Positions 54,804 to 64,000 of a DNA stretch of 64,000 nucleotides are shown here, piece by piece. Each line of letters starts with the position of its first letter. Positions within the stretch are counted from its first letter, which is position 1. A program made the position numbers and the translations under genes. The stretch lies in the NCBI GenBank assembly GCA_044229975.1, contig JBGARZ010000008.1, forward strand, positions 64,001 to 128,000, read 5' to 3'. Under the pieces are notes generated by a model, which was not told the origin of the DNA, did no database searches, and saw nothing but the letters and a program-made list of their open reading frames with translations. The DNA comes from Polyangiales bacterium (GTDB taxonomy: Bacteria > Myxococcota_A > Polyangia > Polyangiales > Ga0077539).

Positions 54804-57800
54804 TCAGCGCACGCACTCGCCCGTCATCACGTTGCAGCGCGTGCCAGCGAAGAAGTTGCTGCAGAAGAGGTTGCCGCCCAGCAGGTCGCACCGCGGGGCG
54901 CAGACGCGGAACGTGGTGTTCCAGCAGGCCGTCGAGGGGAAGCGCCCGCCCGAGCCGACGCCCGCGCACTGCGCGTTGGTCTCACACGCGCACGCAAACT
55001 CGTCGATGATCGTGTTGCCGTTGTCGTCGATGCCGTTGCAGCACTCGCCGCCCGGCACCGAGGTCGGGCGGCAGTCGGAGTCGGCGCAGTCGGACACGCC
55101 GTCGCAGTCGTTGTCGACGCCGTCGGTGCAGGCCCCGACGCCCGTCTCGCGCATCATCGTCGGGCGGCAGCACATCGGCTGCGCCGCGCACCCCGGGTCG
55201 GCGCAGTCGCGCAGGCCGTCGCAGTCGTTGTCCAGGCCGTCGAAGCACGAGCGCGCGTCGGCCTCGGCGCCCGTCGGGCGGCAGCACACCCGCGACGCCG
55301 CGCAGTCCACGTCGGCGCAGTCGGACTGACCATCGCAGTCGTTGTCGATGCGGTCGCTGCACGCGCGGTCGTTGTTCTCGAGCACCGGCATGCACCGGCA
55401 CGACGGGAACATCGCGCACTCCGCGTCGGCGCAATCGACGGCGCCGTCGCCGTCGTCGTCGCGCGCGTTGTCGCAGATCTCCGTGCCCGCCGACTCGGTG
55501 ATGTTGAGCACGAAGTCGCCGCGCGCCCCTTCGTTGAATCCGTCGACGAAGATGAAGTAGGTGCCGCGCGTCGCGGCGAAGGTGACGCGCGAGACGGTGC
55601 CGCCCGAGTCGTCGTTGCAGGCGAGCTGCGTCCCGGTCTCGCACGGCTCGCGTCGCACGTAGAGCACCGTGTCGAAGGTGCTGCCCACCGTGTCGATGGT
55701 GATCACCGTCGGGGCGCTGACCTGGAGGGTGTAGACCACGTCGCCGCCCGATCCGCCCGCGCAGCCGGGAGCGCCGAGCACGGGGGTGAAGTCGTTGCGC
55801 GCCCCGTTGAGGTTGCCGCGCGTCGTCGACGGGAGCCCCACCCGGATGGCCCCCGCACAGGTGTCGTTGACCGGTGAGGGCGCGCACACCGGCAGCGTCG
55901 CGCAGCGCGGGTCGGTGCAGTCCGTCCGGCCATTGCAGTCGTTGTCGCGACCGTCGGAGCACGACGCGTTGTCGAACTCCGGCCCCGTCGGCACGCACAT
56001 CATGCACGCGGGGTTGCCGCGGCAGTCGAAGTCCGAGCAGTCGATGAAGCCGTCGCAGTCGTTGTCGCGACCGTCGCCGCACGCCTCCGGGGTCGACACG
56101 CAGCCGCAGAACCCGCCCGCCACGCACTCCGGGTCGGCGCAGTCGAAGAGCCCGTCGCAGTCGTTGTCGCGACCATCGAGGCAGGCCATCGGGTCGCGCT
56201 CGGGACGGTCGGGCATGCACATCAGGCAGAACGGGTTGGTCGCGCAGTCGGCCCGGTCGAGGCAGTCGATGAGGCCGTCGCCGTCGTCGTCGAGGCGGTT
56301 GGTGCACACCTCCGTCGCGCCGACGTTGACGTTGAGCTGGAAGGCGCCGCTCGCGCCGTTCCAGCCGTCGACGACGATGAAGTACGTCCCCGGCTCGGCG
56401 TTGGTGAGCACGATGCGCGAGGCCGTCCCGACGCCCGCGCCGTCGTCATCACAAGCGATGGGCGTCCCGCCGCACATGTCGCGGAAGACGATGAGCGCCG
56501 TGTCGTACGCGCTGCCCAGGGTGTCGATGGTGATCGTCTGCCGCGTCGGGTTGCGGATCACGTACACCACGTCGGGCGCACCGGTGCCGGCGCAGGTCGG
56601 CGTGAAGTCGTCGCGCGCCCGGCTGGTGTCACCGCTCGCGCGCCCGGGGACCGAGAGCAACGTCGGGCTCGCGCAGGTGTCGTTGACCACCCGGCACGCG
56701 TCGGTGTCGCGGCACGCCCCGTCGGCGCAGTCGCGGGCGCCGTTGCAGTCGTTATCCCGGCCGTCGCCGCAGATCTCGATGCGCGAGTCGGGCACGCACA
56801 TCATGCAGCCCGGCAGGAAGCGGCAGTTGGCGTCGGCGCAGTCACGCACGCCGTTGCAGTCGTTGTCGATGCCGTCGGCGCAGCGCATCGGGTCGAACTC
56901 CGGCCCCGTCGGGATGCACATCATGCACGCCGGAGACATCGCGCACTCCGAGTCGGCGCAGTCGAGCAGCCGGTCGCAGTCGTTGTCGCGCCCGTCGCCG
57001 CAGACCTCGGGGCCCGTCGGCACGCAGGGTCCGCACGCGGGCGTCCCGGCGCAGGTGACGTCGGCGCAGTCGGAGCGGCCGTCGCAGTTGTTGTCGCGGC
57101 CGTCGTTGCACAGCTCCGGGGCGCCGGGGTTGACCGTTCGGTCGGCGTCGTTGCAGTCGCGACCGCCCGCGCAGGTGACCGGACCGAAGCCGTCGCCGTC
57201 ACCGTCGGTTGGCGCCGTGATGCACGTGCGACGCCCTTCGTCGCAGCGATCGCTCGTGCACGGGTCGCCGTCGTCGCAGAGCACGGGCATCTCGGAGAAG
57301 CACCCGCGGCGCGCGTCGCAGCGCTCGACGCCATTGCAGAAGAGCCCGTCGTTGCAGCGCGTGTCGTCGACCCGGTTGAGGCAGCCGCGGCCGGGCAGGC
57401 AGAGGTCGATGGTGCACGCGACGCCGTCGTCGCAGGTGAGCGCCGGCCCGCGAGCGCAGCGGCCGGCGCGGCACGACTCGGCGCCGTCGCAGGGGTCGCC
57501 GTTGTCGCAGTTGGCGTCGCTGGTGCACTCCACCGGGGTGCAGTCGCGCATCGGGTCGCAGAACGCCGGCGCGAAGCAGCGGCTGTTGTCGGGGCTGAAG
57601 ACGCAGCCGCGGCCCTCGACGCACTGGTCGACGGTGCAGACGACGTTGTCGTTGCAGGCGAGCGCGGGGCCCGGGGCGCAACGGCCCTGGAGGCAGACCT
57701 CGGCGCCGTTGCAGGAGAGACCGTCGTTGCACTGGAAGTCGTTGGTACAGCTCGGCTCGGTGTCGGGGACGTCGGGCCGGTCGACGGGCGGTGTGTCAGG

Positions 57801-57935
57801 CCGGTCGAGTGGCACATCGACCACGACATGGGCGTCAGGGACGTCTTCCGGGACGTCGAGCTCCGAGCGGCCGCACGCCGCGAGGGCGTAGCTGGCGAGG
57901 AGGACACCGGCGAGCGAGAGAGCGTGGCGCTTCAT
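54804..57935 (-). CDS. Large Cys/Asp-rich lipoprotein with DG.DNDC.G repeats and two PPC-like domains
   Basis: LAAC lipobox; CDDG..CT.D.C and more than 10 C.DG.DNDC.G..DC.D..C repeats; two NDTC...DVVY...DT.GS.[YF]DT...GTYF..VDG units. Confidence 0.88.
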   Translation of the reverse strand: MKRHALSLAGVLLASYALAACGRSELDVPEDVPDAHVVVDVPLDRPDTPPVDRPDVPDTEPSCTNDFQCNDGLSCNGAEVCLQGRCAPGPALACNDNVVCTVDQCVEGRGCVFSPDNSRCFAPAFCDPMRDCTPVECTSDANCDNGDPCDGAESCRAGRCARGPALTCDDGVACTIDLCLPGRGCLNRVDDTRCNDGLFCNGVERCDARRGCFSEMPVLCDDGDPCTSDRCDEGRRTCITAPTDGDGDGFGPVTCAGGRDCNDADRTVNPGAPELCNDGRDNNCDGRSDCADVTCAGTPACGPCVPTGPEVCGDGRDNDCDRLLDCADSECAMSPACMMCIPTGPEFDPMRCADGIDNDCNGVRDCADANCRFLPGCMMCVPDSRIEICGDGRDNDCNGARDCADGACRDTDACRVVNDTCASPTLLSVPGRASGDTSRARDDFTPTCAGTGAPDVVYVIRNPTRQTITIDTLGSAYDTALIVFRDMCGGTPIACDDDGAGVGTASRIVLTNAEPGTYFIVVDGWNGASGAFQLNVNVGATEVCTNRLDDDGDGLIDCLDRADCATNPFCLMCMPDRPERDPMACLDGRDNDCDGLFDCADPECVAGGFCGCVSTPEACGDGRDNDCDGFIDCSDFDCRGNPACMMCVPTGPEFDNASCSDGRDNDCNGRTDCTDPRCATLPVCAPSPVNDTCAGAIRVGLPSTTRGNLNGARNDFTPVLGAPGCAGGSGGDVVYTLQVSAPTVITIDTVGSTFDTVLYVRREPCETGTQLACNDDSGGTVSRVTFAATRGTYFIFVDGFNEGARGDFVLNITESAGTEICDNARDDDGDGAVDCADAECAMFPSCRCMPVLENNDRACSDRIDNDCDGQSDCADVDCAASRVCCRPTGAEADARSCFDGLDNDCDGLRDCADPGCAAQPMCCRPTMMRETGVGACTDGVDNDCDGVSDCADSDCRPTSVPGGECCNGIDDNGNTIIDEFACACETNAQCAGVGSGGRFPSTACWNTTFRVCAPRCDLLGGNLFCSNFFAGTRCNVMTGECVR

Positions 57936-58103
57936 GGGTTGACCTGTGGGGAGACGGGTAGTGGGTCAGCGAAGAATCGCCCCACAGGATGCGCCACACG
58001 CGCCCCGCGGGTGAACCTTCTGGCAGAGCACCGGTGCACGGGCCGGGCCGCCACGAAGCGGACCGTTGACCTCACCCACTGTGATCGTCGACCCTCAGCG
58101 CCC

Positions 58104-58940
58104 ATGCGAACGTGGGCCGCGGTGCTGGGGGTGCTGCTGATCGGGTGCTCGGAGGAAGAGGCGTTTCCGGCGGAGGATGTGCCGTCGGTGGAGGACGTCG
58201 GGAGCGTCGTGGATGTGCCCGCGGATGTCCCGACCATCGACGCCGGTCGAGCCGATGCGGGTCGTGCGGATGTGGGGACGCCCGACGTGGGCCGAGCCGA
58301 CATCGGGACACCCGACGTGGGCAGAGCCGACATCGGGACACCCGACGTAGGCAGGGTCGACGTGGGGACGCCCGATGCGGGCCGGGTCGACGCGGGGCCC
58401 TCGTCGCCGGTCTTCTTCGCGACTGGTGACATCACGACCACCGCCTCCGTTGGCGGAACGGGCGGAACCCTCTTCAACGACGACTGCCCGGCGGGCGCCG
58501 CGATGGTCGGCTTCGAGGGCGTCGTGGGCGCCGACAACTACATCACCCAGATCGCGATCGTGTGCGCGACGCTGCGCGTCGAGGGTGATCGCGTCGTCAC
58601 GGGCGCGACCACCACCTCCCCGCGACGCGGCATCAACCCCGGGACGGACGTCTCGCTGCGCTGCCCCGCCGACCAGTTGATCGTCGGCTTCGAGGGACGC
58701 GCGGGCGGACTGATCGATCAGGTTCGCTTCGCGTGCGCCCCGTACACGGCACCAGTCGCAGACGGAGGGCGCGTCGTGGTGCGCGGGACCGTCACGCTCA
58801 CCGAGCCGGTGGGCGGCACCGGGGGCGCTCCCTTCGCGCGCATCTCGTGCAGCGACGGGGCTGCTCAGGGCGCCGCGGTGCGCGCGGGCGATGGCGTCGA
58901 CTCCATCGCGCTGCGGTGCGCCGCTCTCAACGCGCGCTGA
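58104..58940 (+). CDS. Lipoprotein with jacalin/beta-prism-like domain
   Basis: LIGC lipobox, D-x-G linker, GGTGG..F...C and G..GRAG..ID....C units. Confidence 0.7.
   Translation: MRTWAAVLGVLLIGCSEEEAFPAEDVPSVEDVGSVVDVPADVPTIDAGRADAGRADVGTPDVGRADIGTPDVGRADIGTPDVGRVDVGTPDAGRVDAGPSSPVFFATGDITTTASVGGTGGTLFNDDCPAGAAMVGFEGVVGADNYITQIAIVCATLRVEGDRVVTGATTTSPRRGINPGTDVSLRCPADQLIVGFEGRAGGLIDQVRFACAPYTAPVADGGRVVVRGTVTLTEPVGGTGGAPFARISCSDGAAQGAAVRAGDGVDSIALRCAALNAR
58252..58400 (+). repeat. 30-bp intragenic tandem repeat (DVGRADIGTP-like), about 5 copies
   Basis: CCCGA(C/T)G recurs at 58281, 58311, 58341 and 58371. Confidence 0.85.
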
Positions 58941-59038
58941 GCGAGCACGGCGAGCCCGGTGCCGGGGCGCGGTTGACGTCAACATGGCGACGCGCGTCTG
59001 ATCGCGCGGTGCACGCCACAGAAGCGGAACGGGCTCCG

Positions 59039-60181
59039 ATGCTCCGCGCCTCACGGCTGACGCGACGAGCCGCGCGGTGGCTCGGGACGGCGGGCTACCT
59101 GTGTCTCACCGTTCCGCTGTGGCTCTTGCTGGCGCCGGAGCTGCTCGGGATCAACGAGCAATGGATGCCCCTGTGGCTCCTCGCGATCAGCGGGCTCGCG
59201 CTCGGCGTCCTGAGCTGGGTGTGCCTGGTGGTCGGGTGGATGTACGCCCGCGCGCGCTGGGCCCCGACGGAGCTGACGGTCCGGTCAGACGCTCTGATCC
59301 TCCACACGCTCCAACGCGCGGTGGTCGTTCCTCGCGACTCCGTCGTCGGTGGGACCCGGCGCGGTGCGCTCGGCGGCTTCGAGCTTCACCTCCGCGGCGG
59401 AGACCACCTCGTCGGAGACGCATCGCCAGACGACACTGCGCGCCTCCTCGCTGAGCTCTCGCTCGACGCCCCGCGACGCGCGGTCACCCTCGGCACCACG
59501 ACCGCGGTCACCCCGGCGTTTCGCGCGGCCTGGATCTTCGCGGCATTGGCCGTCGCCACCGGAGGACTGCTGCACGCTTCGCCGCCCCGCACCGGGCTGT
59601 TGCTCGTGAACACCTTGGTGGCATGGCTCCTCGCCGTCGCGACGCTCGGGCCGACGGTGACCGTCGGCGTCGACGGGCTGCGCATACGTCAGCTCGGAGT
59701 CGAGCTGTTCATCGCGTGGTCGGAGGTCGTCGACGTGACGAAGACGGGCGCCCTGAGGCTCACGCTGACGAGCGGCGAGGAGGTGTCCCTGGGCCGCAGC
59801 AACGCCGCCGTGGAGACGCTGCGCGTCCGCATCGACGAGGCGCGCGACGCGGCGGCGACCAGTGGTCCGATGGCGGCGGCGGCCCGGGGCGGGCGCTCCG
59901 TCGAGCAGTGGCGCAAGGCGATGGACACGCTGCTCGAAGGCACTGGCTACCGCGACGGGGCGGTGAGCGAAGACGCGCTGGTGGGCGCGCTGCGAGGCGG
60001 CGCCGTGGGCGACGAGCGGGTGGGCGCGGCGCTGGCGCTGGTGGCCATCAACCGCGAGCGGCATGTGACGGGCGTGCGCGTGGCGGCAGAGGCAGTGGCC
60101 GACGAGCGGGTGCGCGTGGCGCTGGAGCAGATCGCGGATGGCGTGGCGGACGACGCGACGCTGAAGCGGGCGGCGCGGTAG
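59039..60181 (+). CDS. Membrane protein with bacterial PH-like segments
   Basis: 2 x (two TMs plus beta-rich segment, VGVDGLRI, FIAWSEV); C-terminal GYR and ERVGAA.AL. Confidence 0.65.
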   Translation: MLRASRLTRRAARWLGTAGYLCLTVPLWLLLAPELLGINEQWMPLWLLAISGLALGVLSWVCLVVGWMYARARWAPTELTVRSDALILHTLQRAVVVPRDSVVGGTRRGALGGFELHLRGGDHLVGDASPDDTARLLAELSLDAPRRAVTLGTTTAVTPAFRAAWIFAALAVATGGLLHASPPRTGLLLVNTLVAWLLAVATLGPTVTVGVDGLRIRQLGVELFIAWSEVVDVTKTGALRLTLTSGEEVSLGRSNAAVETLRVRIDEARDAAATSGPMAAAARGGRSVEQWRKAMDTLLEGTGYRDGAVSEDALVGALRGGAVGDERVGAALALVAINRERHVTGVRVAAEAVADERVRVALEQIADGVADDATLKRAAR

Positions 60182-60247
60182 GGCGAGCGGGTGCTCTGCG
60201 AGCCCCTCGGAGTTGACGGACCATCGACCCGGCGGTGGGATGCGCGG

Positions 60248-61375
60248 ATGTCGTTCCGCGATGACCGCGAAGCCGCCCACCAACGCGCCGACCACCTGGA
60301 GCGGGAGCTCAAGCGCACCCAGGACGAGCTTGCCCGACTGAAGGACCCATCGCGGCGCCGTTCCGGCAGCGCGCGCGCCGGTGTCGTGATCGCCGCGGCG
60401 GTGACCGCAGCGACGCTCGTCACGGGCGGGGTGTTCTGGTCGGTGCAACGGGTGGAGGCGCAGAAGCAGGAGGCGCGGGCCCTGGCGCTGCGCGCGCAGG
60501 CGACCGAGGACGCACGGAGCGCCGAGGCCGAACAGGCGAGGGCGCTGGCCGACGCGGAGCGGGCGGCCGACCAACACCGGCGAGAGGTGGCTTCGGCGGC
60601 GGCCGCGACAGCCGCAGCGGAGGCGATCGCCGCGACGACGGCGGCGCGCATCACGTGGCACGGCGTGGTGGGGGCGGCCACGGGCGTCGCGCTCGCGGCT
60701 GACACGCCCTGCACCATCGAGGGGTCCTTCACGCCTACGCCCGGCGGCAACTTGCGCGGACTCACCATCACTTGCGGTGGTCAGCCGATCTACCGCGGGA
60801 GCTCGTCCGCCGGGGTGTCGCTTCGCGAAGGCGCGGTGTTCGGCGGGACGGCCCACGAATACATGCTGCGGTATGCCGACGAGGTCTCGCCGACGCGGGT
60901 GACGCTGTCGACGCTCCAGCACACCGCGACGGTGTGGCGCGAGGGCGACGATGCGATGCGGGTGACGATCTACGTGCGCGACGTGAGCGACGCGCGGGAG
61001 GGTGAGTCCCTGGAGAGAAGATCGGGCACGCGAGCACCGTCCTTCGCGGGCGCGGTCGCGGGCACGGCGCGGGTGACGGCCGTGCGCGGGCGGGCGCCAG
61101 TCGCGGCGGGCGCGCGGTGCGCGTTCGAGGTGCGGTCGGTGTGGGAGTTCCCGGAGAACTGCCGCATGGCGTTGCGCTGCGGGACGACGTGGCTCTACGG
61201 CGCTGGCGAATCGGGCTACCTGACCTGCGAGGTTCCGGCGGGGCGGCCGGTCGGTGCGCTCGACGAGAACACCACCGCGCAGGGCGGCGATCCGCGGGTG
61301 ACGTGGCGGGGGAGGCGGTTGACGGTGAGCGACTTCACCGAGGCCGGCGAGTGGGCCGTCGATCTGGCGCTGTAG
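60248..61375 (+). CDS. Hypothetical protein (coiled coil, TM, duplicated Cys-containing beta domain)
   Basis: MSFRDD..AA..RA..LE; one TM; two C...C-G...Y units. Confidence 0.7.
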   Translation: MSFRDDREAAHQRADHLERELKRTQDELARLKDPSRRRSGSARAGVVIAAAVTAATLVTGGVFWSVQRVEAQKQEARALALRAQATEDARSAEAEQARALADAERAADQHRREVASAAAATAAAEAIAATTAARITWHGVVGAATGVALAADTPCTIEGSFTPTPGGNLRGLTITCGGQPIYRGSSSAGVSLREGAVFGGTAHEYMLRYADEVSPTRVTLSTLQHTATVWREGDDAMRVTIYVRDVSDAREGESLERRSGTRAPSFAGAVAGTARVTAVRGRAPVAAGARCAFEVRSVWEFPENCRMALRCGTTWLYGAGESGYLTCEVPAGRPVGALDENTTAQGGDPRVTWRGRRLTVSDFTEAGEWAVDLAL

Positions 61376-61397
61376 CGTCGGCCGACCTCTCGGACGC

Positions 61398-63257
61398 CTA
61401 CTCGACGACGGCGCTGAGGTCGACCAGACCGCTGACCCGCGCGCGGTCGGACTCGCCAACGGCGACGATCAGCGTCTGCGCGGTACCACGGTGGACATAG
61501 GTGAACGTGCCGTATCCCTGCGCGAGGCACGCGCCGCCGCACCTGTCCGACAGGGACAACCGGGCGCCCGCTCCACCGACCGGTGAGTTGGTCGCTTCTA
61601 CAGTGAGCCGCGCACCCGTCGTGACCTGCACGGCGTAGTAGAGCACCGGGCCGCGGAAGCCGGTGCACGTCGCGGGCGCGCGCGCTTCGAGGAGGTCGAT
61701 GCCTCTGATGGGCGTCACCGGCGTGAGCGGGAGGGCGCCCGCGCACGTGACGTTGGCGGCGACGGGGCGGAGCGTCGCGCGCACCTCCGCGGGCGAGACG
61801 GAAGAGGAGCGCACGGTCCCCACCGCGACGACCACGGAACGCGCCGCGGTTTCGGTGTTGGAGAAGAGCGCGCGAGTGGATCGACTCCCCATGACGGACG
61901 CGCCGAGACAGTCTCCACTGCAACCGTTGAGCAGGCGCACGAAGCTTCCGTTCTCTCCCTCGCGAAGACGAGCGCTGGTGACCGTGAGCGCTTGCCCGGG
62001 CGGAACCGTGATCGCGTAGTGCAGCGCGGGCAGCAGGGCATCGTCCGCGCCGCAGCGGGGCGTCGGGTCGGTGGCGTCCTCCGGATGCTCGACGCGCGTC
62101 GCGGTGTCGACCGCCAGGGGTAGCGCGGCAGCGCACACCCTCTCGGGTGGCAGAGCCCGGAAGGCCGCGTTGACGTCGACCGCAAGCGAGGGATGGCTCC
62201 CCTGGAGCGCCACCATGGCGATGACGTCCATGGGCGTGTCGGCGCTGTTGTTGTACTGGGCCATGTCGGCGGTCGAAGGCACCGTGGGTAGACAGCCTGT
62301 TCCCCCGCAGGCCGGGTGCATCCGGACGAGGACGTCTGCCGGAGAGGTGTCCCGGCGGACGGTGCTCACCACGAAGGCGGTGCGCGGCGGAACCCGGGCC
62401 GAGTAGTAGAGCGGGTAGACGCCCGAGAAGAGGATGCTTGAGCCCGCGCACAGTCCGACTTGATGGGCGGTCGCGCCGAGGTTCTGGTCGCGCAGGGTGA
62501 CGTCGCCGGCGAGAGGTAGGGCGGTGGCGCAGGTGCGGTTGGGCGCGGGCACATGGAACCGGGCGGCGACCGTGAAGGTGAGCCCAACGCTGAAGGGCAA
62601 AGCCTCCCTGCTCAGGACCACCCGCACGGTGCGCGGGGTCGCCCCGTCGTTGTGAAACATCAGTGGCGCGATGGGGAGGCCAAACCTGGTGTTGGCGAGG
62701 CAGGACGACGCCTCGCACTCCGCGAAGGCTCTCATCGCGAGGCTAGTCCTCTCGGTGCCCTCGTTGGCGACGTCGACCTCCAGGATCGTGTTCGCAGGGA
62801 CGGTGACCCGATACCAGCGTTCGTAATAGTTGCTGGAGGGCGACCCGTCGCAGTTGCGGAGCGTCCCCGGCGTCCCCCGAACCAGGGACTGACTGGTAAG
62901 AATCTCCCCGCCCCGCAGCTCCGTGGCGACCTCGCAGCGCCCGCCTGAAGGAGCCACCCCGGCGTCGAGGTGGTCATCCCCTGGCACGTCGATGCGGTCG
63001 TTCGCCACGTCCATCGGAGCAGACACGCCGACGTCGGACACGCCAACGTCGGGCGCGCCAACGTCGGGCGCGTCGAAGCCCGGTGCGTCCACCACCAGTG
63101 CGTCGATTCCGGTCGGTGGCCGATCGGGGACCGATGGGACATCGACACGCTCGATCGTGCGCTCGTCGTCCATCGACGCATCGGTCGCCCGTACCGTCGC
63201 GCTGCACCCCAGCGCGCACGTCACCGCGACGACCCACCCACGCACGAGCGCTCCCAT
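61398..63257 (-). CDS. Lipoprotein with four repeated beta-sandwich (PPC-like) units
   Basis: ALGC lipobox, D-x-G linker, repeated C..A.PL...Y...VP......V...C...CL. Confidence 0.75.
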   Translation of the reverse strand: MGALVRGWVVAVTCALGCSATVRATDASMDDERTIERVDVPSVPDRPPTGIDALVVDAPGFDAPDVGAPDVGVSDVGVSAPMDVANDRIDVPGDDHLDAGVAPSGGRCEVATELRGGEILTSQSLVRGTPGTLRNCDGSPSSNYYERWYRVTVPANTILEVDVANEGTERTSLAMRAFAECEASSCLANTRFGLPIAPLMFHNDGATPRTVRVVLSREALPFSVGLTFTVAARFHVPAPNRTCATALPLAGDVTLRDQNLGATAHQVGLCAGSSILFSGVYPLYYSARVPPRTAFVVSTVRRDTSPADVLVRMHPACGGTGCLPTVPSTADMAQYNNSADTPMDVIAMVALQGSHPSLAVDVNAAFRALPPERVCAAALPLAVDTATRVEHPEDATDPTPRCGADDALLPALHYAITVPPGQALTVTSARLREGENGSFVRLLNGCSGDCLGASVMGSRSTRALFSNTETAARSVVVAVGTVRSSSVSPAEVRATLRPVAANVTCAGALPLTPVTPIRGIDLLEARAPATCTGFRGPVLYYAVQVTTGARLTVEATNSPVGGAGARLSLSDRCGGACLAQGYGTFTYVHRGTAQTLIVAVGESDRARVSGLVDLSAVVE

Positions 63258-63330
63258 CGTCGTCTCTTGTAACAGATCGCCTTCGCTTCCGGGGCGACCA
63301 CCCCTCGGCGCCTGGCGCTACCCTCGTCGC

Positions 63331-63777
63331 ATGAGCCCACGTGTCGCCCTGCTCACCGCGGTCCTGTTCGCGACGGTCGCGCGCGCCGATCCGCCGCCGC
63401 GCAGCACGGTCACCGTCGGCGGCGTCCGCCTCGCTGGCGAGATGGACTCTTCCAGCACCGGCGTACGCCGCGAGCCCGGCTACGTGCTCACCAACCTCAC
63501 GGGCTCACCGCGCGCGGTGGGACTCGTCACGCTCGTGGGCCTCGGCGACGCGAGGCCGCTGCCGCTCCCCATCGAGGGCCCGCGGCGCATCGTGCTCGCG
63601 CCCCACGAGACACTCCCGCTGCTGATCGCCTACTCGGGACAGCCCGTGCACCTCGGCGGGGGGCTCTCGTACTATCGATTCTCACTGACCATCGCGGTCG
63701 GCGGTCAGCGCGCCTCGGCGCTCGCAACCAACGCCTATGTGTGCCGTATCCCGATCCGCCACCTCTCACCCCCGTAG
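63331..63777 (+). CDS. Hypothetical secreted protein
   Basis: Signal peptide ending ARA|DPPP. Confidence 0.6.
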   Translation: MSPRVALLTAVLFATVARADPPPRSTVTVGGVRLAGEMDSSSTGVRREPGYVLTNLTGSPRAVGLVTLVGLGDARPLPLPIEGPRRIVLAPHETLPLLIAYSGQPVHLGGGLSYYRFSLTIAVGGQRASALATNAYVCRIPIRHLSPP

Positions 63778-63805
63778 ACGCAAACCCGGATTGCCCTCGA
63801 CTTCG

Positions 63806-64000
63806 ATGTCGCGCCTGAGGCTCACCGCGACGCTCCTGCTGGGCGCGCTGGCCGCAGCCGTCGGTGCGTGCACGTCGACGACGGAGCACCACCGCGCCGC
63901 CGCATCGGCCCTGATGCTCGACCCCGCGCGGATAGGCGACGGCGTGAAGGAGACCCTCGCCGCGGATGGTCGGGCGCGCGTGCTCGTCCTGCTCGTCGAC
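63806..64000 (+). CDS. Lipoprotein, 5' part only (possibly a protease pro-region)
   Basis: MSRLRLTATLLLGALAAAVGAC...DGRARVLVLLVD, open to the window end. Confidence 0.5.
   Translation, partial: MSRLRLTATLLLGALAAAVGACTSTTEHHRAAASALMLDPARIGDGVKETLAADGRARVLVLLVD

Noticed and set aside
58252..58400. 30-bp periodic repeat as CRISPR or a non-coding array
   Set aside because: No unique spacers; it encodes an in-frame linker.

Overview
High-GC bacterial DNA (about 70% by eye). Gene content points to Myxococcota, probably Polyangiales: Cys-rich and D-x-G-linker lipoproteins, an AgmX/PglI-type TonB-C protein, a Hanks kinase, DUF2330 proteins with MYXO-CTERM-like tails, and sigma-54 regulators. About 64 CDS or fragments are supported; no rRNA, tRNA, CRISPR array or transposase was seen. 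Recognisable genes include ctaB(3' end)-SCO-coxB-coxA, a sigma-54 two-component pair, an ECF sigma factor, photolyase, kbl, nagZ, cdsA/pssA, an RNB nuclease, an SDR, a CPA2 antiporter, OmpA and a TrpG/PabA glutaminase. The best candidate for an undescribed system is a lower-GC, translationally coupled operon at 15355-18595: HEPN-like protein, KGGVGR ParA/MinD-type ATPase and a second large P-loop ATPase, with no MNT antitoxin; it may be an anti-phage/conflict module. Other highlights are (1) an A-type heme-copper oxidase that keeps its metal ligands and HPEVY but appears to lack both D- and K-channel residues, (2) a duplicated secreted-protein/lipoprotein pair bracketing a Cys-rich gene with a 3 x 420-bp repeat, (3) a relic that fuses EmrB and TolC fragments back-to-back with a sigma-54 activator fragment, (4) two families of long intergenic palindromes, and (5) strong local G/C skew switching. 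All family names come from motif recognition by eye; no database search was run. Several start codons were moved from the ORF track to more plausible ATG/GTG starts.
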